DNA of 64,000 nucleotides from Deltaproteobacteria bacterium (GTDB lineage: Bacteria > Desulfobacterota > Desulfobacteria > Desulfobacterales > SG8-13): positions 47 through 64,046 of the forward strand of contig JBFYWB010000111.1 of NCBI GenBank assembly GCA_041299015.1. Direction: 5' to 3'. A program made the position numbers and the translations under genes. The notes beneath the pieces were generated by a model. The model was not told the origin of the DNA. It made no database searches and worked only from the letters and a program-made list of their open reading frames with translations. The stretch's first letter is position 1, and every line of letters starts with the position of its first letter. Of the stretch, positions 1 to 9,106 are shown one piece after another.

Positions 1-828
1 GTCCTCGCCCTTGACGGTTCTGGTCCGGTCTTCTCCGCTTTTAGCATGGCGATACCGGAAGGTGACCATGCCATCCCGGCAGTGCAGGATATCTTTTTCC
101 CGGATGACGCCCCGGTACAGGTAGCGGCCAAGATAGATCAGTGCCTCCTCGCCGTTGCCTGCGTCCTTGCAGTCAACCACCCACTGCTCGTGGCAATCAT
201 GGGGAACCGGCAGCTTTTCTTCGACCAGGGCCTGGAGCAGTTTAGCCCGGAAAACCTTGGCCAGTGCTTTGTGGCTGAAGAGATATTTCCCGGATTTTTC
301 CTTCCACAGCCTGGTTTTCAGGTTGATGATTGCTCCGGGCATGACCACATGGATATGGGGATGATAGTTTAGGGTTCTGGAATGGGTGCGGAGGATGGCG
401 ATGAATCCCGGTGATCCGCCGAGTTTTTTGTCGTTATTGGTGAAAGTTTTCAGGAGATCCTGCACCGCCATGAACATCAGGGCGTAGACGGTTTTCTGGT
501 GTTTCCATGCCAGATCCCGCAGCTGCCCGGGCAGGGTGAAGGTGATCAGGTAGTATTGACACGGCAGCCGTTTGTCAAGTTGGCTCTCCAACAACTGTTG
601 GCTCTCGTGGTTCTGGCAATGGGGGCAGTTTCTGGGGCCGCAGGAGTGGGGAAAATAGACCCGTTCGCCGCACTGGTGGTCCGAACAGCGGGCCAGCATG
701 TGCGGTCCATGCTCGTATCGGCATCGGGCCATGGACTCCAGAGCCTTGATATGGCCTGGAAGGAGATTTTTCTTGTAGGTGCAGAAGAAGCTGTCCCTGA
801 ACTTGTTGATGATCGTGGAGAGCAGCAT
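1..828 (-). CDS. IS91-family (Y2/HUH rolling-circle) transposase, N-terminal part; the ORF runs off the window.
   Basis: It is absent from the ORF track because it has no in-window stop. The minus-strand translation from ATG 828..826 reads MLLSTIINKFRDSFF..., then RCSDHQCGERVYFPHSCGPRNCPHCQNHES (Cys-rich Zn-binding domain), then LRTHSRTLNYHPHIHVVMPGA (HUH-type histidine motif). Confidence 0.8.
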   Translation of the reverse strand, partial: MLLSTIINKFRDSFFCTYKKNLLPGHIKALESMARCRYEHGPHMLARCSDHQCGERVYFPHSCGPRNCPHCQNHESQQLLESQLDKRLPCQYYLITFTLPGQLRDLAWKHQKTVYALMFMAVQDLLKTFTNNDKKLGGSPGFIAILRTHSRTLNYHPHIHVVMPGAIINLKTRLWKEKSGKYLFSHKALAKVFRAKLLQALVEEKLPVPHDCHEQWVVDCKDAGNGEEALIYLGRYLYRGVIREKDILHCRDGMVTFRYRHAKSGEDRTRTVKGED

Positions 829-1594
829 TATTTGCGCCCTCCCCACTTGATGTCCAGGGAGTTGACGGCCAGTCTTGCATTGTTGGCCGTCGTGGAGGTC
901 AGGTGGGTGTATCTGGCGGTGGTCAGGATGCTGACATGGCCAAGGATCTGCTGCAGCTCAAGCAGATCAACCCCGGCTTCCAGCATGTGGGTGGCATAGC
1001 TGTGGCGCAGGGAGTGGCATGAGATTTTTTTATGCAGAGGTGCTGGACAACGGACTGCATGGCGGTTTGTATGCCTCCCCTGTTCAGGGGCAGATCAACA
1101 AGGTGGACGTTTTTCAGTCCTCTTTTCCTGCTGGGGAAGAGAAACCGGGGATGCTTGTGCATGGCCCAGAACTCCCGCAGTACCTGCAAGGTCTTGTCGG
1201 GCAGCGGCACCAGCCGGTCCTTGTTGCCCTTGGCATCACGAATATGGACCCGCATGTTGCCCGCGTCGATGTCGCCAACAGCGAGCCGGATGCCCTCGCC
1301 AAGGCGCAGGCCCATGCTGTAGCAGGTAAGGAAGAAGACCTTGTAGCTCAAGATCCTCATTGCGGCAAATAACTGCCCGGCCTGCTCCACAGACAGGATA
1401 TCGGGGATTCTGGATGCCTTGGGCGGCTTGATCAGGATGATGTTCTCCCAGGGTTTGCACAGCACCTCGGAGTAGAAGAATTTCAGGCCGTAGAGGTCGA
1501 GCTTGACCGTGCTCCATGAGAATTGACACGAATTGGCCGATTCGTGTAAGACCCCTCCTGATTCTGATTGCGCAGACCCCGCGCCGATGGCCAT
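828..1594 (-). pseudogene. Tyrosine recombinase/integrase (XerC/D-like, IS91-associated), with a frame break at an A7 run and an N-terminal truncation.
   Basis: The track ORF 923..1594 carries WSTVKLDLYGLKFFY and GLRLGEGIRLAVGDID, then turns to nonsense after ...VVQHLCIKK. The -1 frame continues [43 protein letters not shown]... to a TAA at 830..828. This part holds the catalytic His/Arg/Tyr region. The break lies at the T7 run 1025..1031 (A7 in the mRNA sense). An in-frame TAA sits just 5' of the ATG at 1594, and there is no SAM-like N-domain. Confidence 0.8.
1526..1547. repeat. Perfect 8-bp inverted repeat (ACACGAAT-TGGCCG-ATTCGTGT) at the point where integrase homology ends.
   Basis: Read directly from the sequence. 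It may be an element-terminal or insertion-junction hairpin. Confidence 0.5.
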
Positions 1595-1731
1595 AAATTA
1601 ATCGGGCGTAAAGAAGCTTCTTGCTCTCTTCGAGCCGCCATCGATCATTGTTGCCTGAAGCCAACCCTTTTTACTTCGTAAGAACGACTTAACTGTTACC
1701 TACTGGCCGCCAGGGCGTCGGCCGGGATGGT

Positions 1732-2037
1732 TTATTTCCTGAAAACGGAAAACAGCTTACCGAGAACGTTTTCGCCCAGATTGGTAAGTCCCGCCAGCTC
1801 GCCCTTGTCAAGCCAGATGCCTTCACAATCCGAACAGCGGTCGATTTTGATCCCGCGATAATCGATTTCCACTAGATGCATGCCGCATTTCGGGCACTGC
1901 ATGTAATGAAGCTTCTTTAGCCCCTCCTTTTCGGAGGCGGCCAGTTTCTGCTGTTTTGCCTGCTCCAGCTTTTTCAGACGTTCAAATTCACGGAGAGCGA
2001 AATATTCCTCTTCTTTTTCTGTCGGTTGTACGGGCAC
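1732..2037 (-). CDS. Zinc-ribbon protein (zf-TFIIB-like CxxC...CxxC domain).
   Basis: 101 aa. The segment YMQCPKCGMHLVEIDYRGIKIDRCSDCEGIWLDKGELAGL matches the TFIIB-type zinc-ribbon pattern, preceded by a coiled N-terminal part. Confidence 0.8.
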   Translation of the reverse strand: MPVQPTEKEEEYFALREFERLKKLEQAKQQKLAASEKEGLKKLHYMQCPKCGMHLVEIDYRGIKIDRCSDCEGIWLDKGELAGLTNLGENVLGKLFSVFRK

Positions 2038-2833
2038 CTTGTTTCTCCTTGTGTTTGTCCGATGAAAAAATTACGTTTATACGCATTATATTTACTGGTG
2101 CCGCTATGGTGTGTCAATAAAAAAATGCAGCTTCACATTAATCCGAGTGATGCAGACGAGCATGATCGCAGCTGTCATCCCGCTTGTCATCTCTACATTT
2201 ACCAATGATGGTGGGGGAGGGACCACTCTATCTTGCATAAAAAACAGACCAGTACAGCCATCCTAAAAGGCTTCACACTTTCAACTGCACAGTCAAAAAA
2301 ATTAAATCTTTTCGCGTGCGGATGTTCAATGGAAGAAGAGATTCAGAGGGTAATATTGGCGATTAATACAATCATGAAGATTTTTTGAGTTTTTGATGGT
2401 GTTGGTCAGGTAATCGCAAACAAACTGCCCCTTATGTGATTGTGGATATATTCGCGGAGGGAGAAAACCGGATAGATTGTGCCTTGGGTCAATATCTAAA
2501 GAAAAGTTATTGCCCCGATTCAGTTGTTACTGACAGCTTATCAATCAGCTGGGTGAACTAAAACTAGCTGCTATTAGTCTGTACCGAGGCTACCGAAAAC
2601 CGCTTTAATATAGCCAACCCCTATCTCAAGGTAAGAAGAGGTTATTTTCCGGTGAAGATATCCATTAGATGGAAGAGATAGACTTCTTCGGTTCACTTCA
2701 AGCTCGATGGTTTGGGAGGACTTAAGACCGGGTTGTGGTCGGAATTTTTATCCATCGAATCGTGTTGAGACGGGAAAACCCGGGCTTTCCCCCGCAAAAA
2801 CAGACATCTTTACTCATCGAGACGTCAGGGCGT

Positions 2834-5800
2834 CTAATTCTCGGCAGCAGCGCCGAGACCGCTGACCGGTATGATGTTTTTTTCGTTCGGCTTTTCGGCT
2901 TTTTGATCGCTCTCGCGGGTGTGGTCGCGGGCGACGAGCATGTAGATCGAGGGGATGACGAAGAGGGTGAAGAACGTACCGATGGCCATGCCGCCGACGA
3001 GCACCAGGCCGATGGAGTTGCGCGCCTCGGCCCCGGCCCCGGTGACCAGTGTTAGTGGAAAGTGACCCGCGATGGTGGCCGCGGTGGTCATGATAATCGG
3101 GCGCAGACGGGTCAAGGTCGCCTCGCGTACGGCCTCTATCTTGGAACGTCCTCGCTCCTGGAGGGTGTTGGCAAACTCGACGATCAGAATCCCGTTTTTA
3201 GAGACCAGGCCGACAAGCGTCACCAGGCCGACCTGGGAGTAGATGTTCATCGTCGTCGTCCAGCCCCCGGTCCAGAACGGGACGTTCGGGTCGGGTATCT
3301 TCAAAAACGTGAAGACCAGCGCGCCGAACATGGCCAGGGGCACCGAACCGGCCAGGATCACGAAGGGATCGCGAAAGCTGTTGAACTGGGCCGCCAGGAC
3401 CAGAAAGATCAGAATGATGGCCAGAGTGAAGGTCGGGATGAACTGATTGCCTTCGCTGCGCAGCTGCCGCGATTCACCCGTGTAGTCGAGTACAAATCCG
3501 GTGGGCAGGATTTTTGCGGCTTCATCCTCTAAGAAGCGCAGGGCTTCGTCGAGCGGCCTGACCGCCACGCCGCTGATCGTTACGGCATTGAGCTGCTGGA
3601 AACGGTTCAGCGAGCGCGGAACAGTGGAACTGCGGATTTCGGCGATAGTGCTGAGCGGCAGGAGCTGGTTGTTCGGGCCGGTGACGTAGATATTTTTGAG
3701 TTGATCCGGATTGAGGCGGTCGACGCGCTGAATCTGAGGAATCACCTTGTAACTGCGGCCGGCAATATCGAATCGGTTGACGAAATTACCGCCGACCATC
3801 GATCCGATGTCGGCGCCGACCTGCTCCAGGTTAAGGCCGAGATAGGCCACCTTGTCGCGGTCGATAACGATCTCCGACTGAGGCTGATCGATCTTGACGT
3901 CGATCAACGGCGGAAAAGCAAAGAGGCCGCTCTGCATCGCCTTGAATTGGACTTGTTTTGCAAATTCCAGGATCTGATCCTCCTCGGCCGTGGATGCGAG
4001 GATGAACTCCACCGGGAACTGTCCACCACCCGGCAGGGCCGGCGGCAGCACGGGAAAGATCCGCACGCCCGGAATGGCCTGCAGTTTTTGCTGAACCTCG
4101 GGAAGGATCTCGAAAATGGTGCGTTCGCGCGCGTCCCAAGGCCTGACCACCATGCCGGAGAACCCTGAGGTCGGAAAGGTCACTTGAAAGGTAAAGTCGG
4201 TTTCCGAAACGCTCTGAAAGGCCCGGTTGACCTCCGCGGCGTAGATGCTGGTCTGGTCGAGGGTTGCGTTCGCCGACGCGTCGAGGATACCGAAGATAAC
4301 CCCCTGGTCCTCGGTCGGTGCCAACTCCTTGGGAGACATGATGAACATCGGTATCGTGAGAAGGGCCACGACGATCCAGACCACGTAGACGGCCGGGCGG
4401 TAGGCCAGGGTGACGTCGAGCAGACGGCCGTAGAAATTTCTGAAGCGTTTGAAATCGCGGGCGATTTTTCCGGCAAAGCCGTGATCTTCGATTCCCGCTT
4501 TCAGCATCTTGGAAGCCATCATGGGCGAAAGGGTGAGCGCGACGACTCCGGAGATGGTGACGGCCCCGGCCAGGGTAAAGGCGAATTCACGAAAGAGCGA
4601 GCCGGTGAGACCTCCCTGCAGACCGATGGGGGCATAGACCGCGGCCAGCGTGATGGTCATGGCGATGATGGGGCCGACCAGTTCGCGGGCTCCTATCAAG
4701 GCGGCGTCGAACGGCGACTCGCCCTCGCTGATGTGACGTTGAACATTTTCGACCACCACGATGGCATCGTCGACCACAAGACCCACGGACAACACCACGG
4801 CCAGGAGGGTGAGCAGATTGATGGTAAATCCGAACACCTGCATCAGGAAGGCCGCGCCGATCAGCGAAAGCGGGATGGCCACCACCGGGATAAACGCCGA
4901 CCGGATCGACCCCAGGAAAAGGAAAATGATGACGATGACGATCAGCAGGGTCTCGCTGAGAGTTTTGACGACCTCGCGAATGGCATTGGTGATGTAATCG
5001 GTGGCGTCGTAGGCGATGCGGGCCTGCATGCCGCTGGGAAGGTCCCTGTCGATCAATTCCATTTCAGCGCGCACGCGCTTGATGACGTCGACCGAGTTGG
5101 CGTTGGGCAGAGGCCAGATGCCCATGAAGACAGCCGTCTGGCCGGAAAAGCGTACTTCCGCGTCGTAGCTTTCGGCCCCCAGCACGATCTCGCCGATGTC
5201 TTCGAGCCGGACGATGGCGCCGTCCTGTTCGCGTATGGCAAGGCGCTTGAACTCCTCCACCGATTGCAGGTCGGTGTTGGCGGTCAAGTTGACCTGGACC
5301 AGGGAGCCCTTGGTTTGCCCGACGGCGGCGAGAAAGTTGTTGGCGGCGAGCGCCTGGCGAACCTGCACCGGGCTGATGTTGAAGGCGGCCATGCGTTCGG
5401 GCTTCAGCCATATGCGCATGGCGAAGGTGCGGGCGCCGAGAATGTCGGCGCGCTGAACGCCTTCGATGGCGGCCAGACGCGGCTGCACGCTGCGCACGAG
5501 GTAGTCGGTGATTTCGTTTTGTTCGAGAGTATCGGATGTGAAGCTCAGATAAGCCGAGGCAAATTGGCTGTCGGCCGACTCGACGTTGATGGTGGGGACT
5601 TCGGCCTCAGGGGGAAGGTCCCCGCGGACCTGATCGACTTTGGAGCTGATCTCCGCTAGCGCCTTGATCGGGTCGTAGTTGAGCTTGAGGCGCACGTTGA
5701 TGGTCGAAAGCCCCTGGGAACTCTGGGATTGGATGTAATCGATGCCGTCGGCGGCTGCGATGGCACGCTCCAGAGGCGTGGTGATGAACCCGCGCACGAG

Positions 5801-5971
5801 TTCCGCATTGGCGCCGACGTAGACGGTCGTGACGGTGACCACCGCGTTCTCGCTGCGGGGATACTGGCGGACGTTGAGCGAACGGATCGCCTGCAAGCCT
5901 GCGATGACGATCACGAGGCTGACCACGGTTGCGAGAACGGGGCGGCGGATGAAAAGGTCGGTGAATTGCAT
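2834..5971 (-). CDS. RND efflux transporter permease subunit (AcrB/MdtB-like).
   Basis: 1045 aa. The N-terminus MQFTDLFIRRPVLATVVSLVIVIAGL is typical, and the length and 12-TM architecture fit the HAE1 RND family. Confidence 0.93.
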   Translation of the reverse strand: MQFTDLFIRRPVLATVVSLVIVIAGLQAIRSLNVRQYPRSENAVVTVTTVYVGANAELVRGFITTPLERAIAAADGIDYIQSQSSQGLSTINVRLKLNYDPIKALAEISSKVDQVRGDLPPEAEVPTINVESADSQFASAYLSFTSDTLEQNEITDYLVRSVQPRLAAIEGVQRADILGARTFAMRIWLKPERMAAFNISPVQVRQALAANNFLAAVGQTKGSLVQVNLTANTDLQSVEEFKRLAIREQDGAIVRLEDIGEIVLGAESYDAEVRFSGQTAVFMGIWPLPNANSVDVIKRVRAEMELIDRDLPSGMQARIAYDATDYITNAIREVVKTLSETLLIVIVIIFLFLGSIRSAFIPVVAIPLSLIGAAFLMQVFGFTINLLTLLAVVLSVGLVVDDAIVVVENVQRHISEGESPFDAALIGARELVGPIIAMTITLAAVYAPIGLQGGLTGSLFREFAFTLAGAVTISGVVALTLSPMMASKMLKAGIEDHGFAGKIARDFKRFRNFYGRLLDVTLAYRPAVYVVWIVVALLTIPMFIMSPKELAPTEDQGVIFGILDASANATLDQTSIYAAEVNRAFQSVSETDFTFQVTFPTSGFSGMVVRPWDARERTIFEILPEVQQKLQAIPGVRIFPVLPPALPGGGQFPVEFILASTAEEDQILEFAKQVQFKAMQSGLFAFPPLIDVKIDQPQSEIVIDRDKVAYLGLNLEQVGADIGSMVGGNFVNRFDIAGRSYKVIPQIQRVDRLNPDQLKNIYVTGPNNQLLPLSTIAEIRSSTVPRSLNRFQQLNAVTISGVAVRPLDEALRFLEDEAAKILPTGFVLDYTGESRQLRSEGNQFIPTFTLAIILIFLVLAAQFNSFRDPFVILAGSVPLAMFGALVFTFLKIPDPNVPFWTGGWTTTMNIYSQVGLVTLVGLVSKNGILIVEFANTLQERGRSKIEAVREATLTRLRPIIMTTAATIAGHFPLTLVTGAGAEARNSIGLVLVGGMAIGTFFTLFVIPSIYMLVARDHTRESDQKAEKPNEKNIIPVSGLGAAAEN

Positions 5972-5991
5972 TCAGGTGATGGTGTCCGCGG

Positions 5992-7122
5992 TCAACTTTC
6001 TTCGGGTTCAGGATTGAGTTTGAATTCAGGCGTCAACGCGTTGTCCACGACGACCGACTGGCCGTTGCGCAGTTTGAAAACGCCGGTGCTCACAACCGTT
6101 TGACCTTCCTCGAGACCGGATAAGACGGCGACGTAATCGCCTTGTCGCTCTCCGAGCCGCACGAACTGTTGACGCACGGTCTTGCCGACTCGGCCGTTTT
6201 TTTCATCTTTTTGCTCTTCCACGACAAACACCGAATCGCTGTAAGGGGCGTAGAGTATGGAGGTGGCCGGGATGGCGAGCAGATCTTGGCGAACGGGCAG
6301 CACCACGGTCACGGTGACGAACATTCCCGGCCGGAGACGCTCTTCGGGATTGGTCATGGTCGCCTGCATCCGGATGTTGCGCGTCGCCGCGTCGACCTGG
6401 GGGTTGATGGCCGTGATTTTCCCTTCGAGCGCCTGTCCGGGCAAGGCATCGGCTGTCACCCGCACGCTGAGGCCGGGTCCAACCTGGGCGAGTTGCTGTT
6501 GCGGCAGGCTGAAGTTTACGAAAATCGGATCGATCGATTGGAGGGAAACGATCGGTTCACCTTCCTTGAGGACTTGACCGACGTTGACCAGGCGGATGCC
6601 GAGACGACCGGCAAAGGGCGCCCGAATGGTTTTTTTCTTGATAGTGGCCCGGATGGTGTCGGCCTGGGCCGCGGCCTGTTTGAACTGGGCTTCGGCGTTG
6701 TCGTACTCCGAACGTGAAATGGTTTTTTGGGCCAGGAGTTTACGCTTGCGGTCGATTTCGATCTCCGTGAGTGTCAGGGCCGCTTCGGCCGAACGAAGTT
6801 GCGCGGTTTCCGTGGATATGTCCTGCTGCAAAAGAAGGTCGCCGGCCTTCACCTTTGTGCCGGCCTCAAGTTCGATACGCTCCACTTTGCCGGGCAACTC
6901 CGCGGTGACGATAACGCCTTGAACCGCTTCCAGCGATCCCACGGCGGTGATAAGGGATTCCCACGTCTCCTGGCGCACGACGGCGGTATTGACCGGCTCG
7001 GGAGGTGGTGAAAACTGCTTGCCCTGGGCGATCATCCGCTCGATTTGCAGTCCCTTGATGCCGCCCAGAACGCCGATGACTGCAATCAGCCCGACGATGG
7101 TGATGATGATCCGTTTGGTCAT
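5992..7122 (-). CDS. RND efflux periplasmic adaptor (membrane fusion protein, HlyD/AcrA family).
   Basis: 376 aa with an N-terminal TM anchor, a coiled-coil hairpin (AEAALTLTEIEIDRKRKLLAQKTISRSEYDNAEAQF) and a beta-barrel C-terminal part. It lies directly upstream of the RND permease. Confidence 0.9.
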   Translation of the reverse strand: MTKRIIITIVGLIAVIGVLGGIKGLQIERMIAQGKQFSPPPEPVNTAVVRQETWESLITAVGSLEAVQGVIVTAELPGKVERIELEAGTKVKAGDLLLQQDISTETAQLRSAEAALTLTEIEIDRKRKLLAQKTISRSEYDNAEAQFKQAAAQADTIRATIKKKTIRAPFAGRLGIRLVNVGQVLKEGEPIVSLQSIDPIFVNFSLPQQQLAQVGPGLSVRVTADALPGQALEGKITAINPQVDAATRNIRMQATMTNPEERLRPGMFVTVTVVLPVRQDLLAIPATSILYAPYSDSVFVVEEQKDEKNGRVGKTVRQQFVRLGERQGDYVAVLSGLEEGQTVVSTGVFKLRNGQSVVVDNALTPEFKLNPEPEES

Positions 7123-7472
7123 ATGCGGGGTGCGTCTCTGTTGTGGTTGAAGTTCCGCTCCGAAACAGAGCCGACCACTGCAGCCGCCTGAGGGGTGCCT
7201 GTTCGACCGCTGGGCCAGCTTGATTCGAAAAGGTTACTCTAAGGACACAGGCTTCGATGTCAACGTGCCGGTGGGCCGATGGAGACGCAACGATACGCTC
7301 GACTATCGCTACCATGCCGGCAACGCGGCCAAGGCAAGCCGAGTCGGCTTTTTCAAAAACTGCTAAATCTACCGCATGTTTTTTCAGAGTACAATGACAA
7401 ATTCTTTTCGCGTGCCCGGGTAAAATGGTGTTCCGACCGCGACCGTGATCCGAGTGAACTGCCGCCCCTGTC

Positions 7473-8975
7473 TTATGAAAACAGCAGGTCGGCCCAGCCG
7501 ACGGCGTCTTTGCCGGTGCTTTTGATCCCGAACAAGGCCCGGTCGGCCGAGGCGAGCAGCCCGGTCGGGTCGGTGGCGTGTTCGGGGAAGGTGGCGACAC
7601 CGAAACTGGCCTGGAGCTTGACCGCTAGGTCTTGGCCGCGCAGGTATACCGAAGTGTTGATGCGGTTCTGGATGTTCACCGCCGTTTCCATCGCCTGGTC
7701 CTTGCCGAACCCCGGCAGCACCACGACGAACTCGTCACCCGCGTAGGCAACGGCATAAGCCGGCTCTTTTAGCGACCCTTGGATGGTGGCGGCTACTTCG
7801 CGGATGGCCCGGCTGCCGTTCAGGTGGCCGTGGGCATCCACCACATTCTTGAAAAAGTCGAGATCCATGAAAATGAGGGAGAGCGGCGCGCCGGTGGTTT
7901 TGCCGGTTTCGATCAATTCCGCCAACGAGCGGTAGAGGAAACGCCTGTTGTAGAGCCCGGTCAGGGTGTCGCGCATGGCCTGTGTGCGGAATTTCTGTTC
8001 GCTGGCCCGAAGGGCCTCTTCGGTTTCTTTGCGTTTGCTGATGTCCACCAGGGAAATGACGATCCGCGCATAGGTATCCTCATGGCCCGAAACGATCAGG
8101 GATTTGACCAATATACTCCTTTGGTTGCCTTTCAAGGTCAAAAAGGATTCTTCCCGCTCCTGGGAAATGTTCCCCTCGGCGATCATCAGGATGATGTCAC
8201 GCGCAAACCGGCTGACATCGGAAGGGGGGATCGGCATCAGCCCTTGTTTCAGCTCGCTGCGGTCATCGGCTTCGAACAACCGCACCACGGCATCATTGAA
8301 GTCGACCGTGCGTATCATCGCCATGCAGTGGGCCGCCGCCTGGGGGTGCTCCCTAAGATAGGCATTGAAGTCGCGTACGCCCGATTGCCGCAGTTCTTCG
8401 ATGTAGGCCTTGAGACGGGAGGCATCTCTTTCGATCAAGGCGACCGGCGTGGACCTGAACAACAGACGGTATCTTTCCTCGCTCTCCCTGATCTCGACTT
8501 CCGCCTGTTTCAAATCGCTGATGTCTTCGACGAAAGTCAGGACCTCTGTAATCGTTCCGTCGCCATCGGCTACCGGACAGAGACTGAAGCGCATGTGCAG
8601 GCAGTCGCCGCCCGCGGTGACACACGGATAGGCCTTGACCACGGGTTTTTTCTTTTCGATGCACCTCAGGAAATCTTTGGCAACGCCCTCATTTTTAAAC
8701 GCAGGGTGTTCAAAGATGTTCATGTCCGGCAGCCCTTCCGGAACCGGCCACTGGAGCATTTGCGCAAATCTGCGGTTGTGGCCAGTGATGCGTCCCGCTG
8801 TGTCGACGACGAAAATACCGAACGGCGCGCTGTCAGCCAGAAGACGATTGCGCTTTTCGATGGCCTTCAATGCCGCTTCCGCCCTCTGACGCCGCTGCTC
8901 GGATTCGCGCAGCCGACGACGCAAGTGCTGGATCTCGGATTGGGGTTGTTCGTTTGATTCTACTGCGCCGCTCAT
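7473..8975 (-). CDS. PAS-domain diguanylate cyclase (GGDEF domain with an AGDEF variant motif).
   Basis: The track ORF 7473..9515 is over-extended. The plausible start is ATG 8975 (MSGAVESNEQ..., AGGGG RBS about 10 nt upstream). It has two PAS-like regions, then RDTLTGLYNRRF...FMDLDFFKNVVDAHGHLNGSRAIREVA...AYAGDEFVVVLPG. No RxxD I-site is present 5 residues before the AGDEF motif. Confidence 0.88.
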   Translation of the reverse strand: MSGAVESNEQPQSEIQHLRRRLRESEQRRQRAEAALKAIEKRNRLLADSAPFGIFVVDTAGRITGHNRRFAQMLQWPVPEGLPDMNIFEHPAFKNEGVAKDFLRCIEKKKPVVKAYPCVTAGGDCLHMRFSLCPVADGDGTITEVLTFVEDISDLKQAEVEIRESEERYRLLFRSTPVALIERDASRLKAYIEELRQSGVRDFNAYLREHPQAAAHCMAMIRTVDFNDAVVRLFEADDRSELKQGLMPIPPSDVSRFARDIILMIAEGNISQEREESFLTLKGNQRSILVKSLIVSGHEDTYARIVISLVDISKRKETEEALRASEQKFRTQAMRDTLTGLYNRRFLYRSLAELIETGKTTGAPLSLIFMDLDFFKNVVDAHGHLNGSRAIREVAATIQGSLKEPAYAVAYAGDEFVVVLPGFGKDQAMETAVNIQNRINTSVYLRGQDLAVKLQASFGVATFPEHATDPTGLLASADRALFGIKSTGKDAVGWADLLFS

Positions 8976-9106
8976 GGTGACAGCCCCTTCGGTCGAAGCG
9001 GACGCCCGTTGGTTAAAATGCTTTTTCCTCCGTCTCGTTCCCATCGGGTCGCCAGTCGCGGTGGCTTCTCGGCAGCGACGACCGTTCGATGGCTTTAGGC
9101 AACTCC

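Larger units (their letters stand above)
1..1547 (-). mobile_element. IS91-family insertion element (partial): transposase plus upstream companion tyrosine recombinase. It extends beyond the left window edge, and the recombinase side looks truncated.
   Basis: The transposase and integrase genes are overlap-coupled (TAATG at 826..830). Integrase homology stops near 1520, next to a perfect 8-bp inverted repeat at 1526..1547. Confidence 0.7.

Noticed and set aside
940-975. The hairpin GATCTGCT-TGAGCTGC-AGCAGATC, considered as a frameshift stimulator for the integrase slippery site.
   Set aside because: It lies about 60 nt downstream of the heptamer, far outside the 5-9-nt spacing at which -1 PRF stimulators act.
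4184-5659. A 491-aa plus-strand ORF antisense to the RND permease. There are similar long antisense ORFs at 10065..11003, 13371..14393, 15260..16636, 23383..24417, 36054..37274, 42441..43592, 53248..54096, 57770..58804 and 58647..59420.
   Set aside because: Each lies fully inside a gene with clear family motifs on the other strand. Their translations are Arg/Gly/Asp/His-rich low-complexity strings with no RBS, the typical shadow ORFs of GC-rich DNA.
7336-7354. A terminator-like hairpin plus T-run on the plus strand between the RND operon and the cyclase gene, which might mark an sRNA 3' end.
   Set aside because: The stem is only 5 bp. No convincing upstream promoter or conserved structure is visible, and there is no plus-strand gene to terminate.
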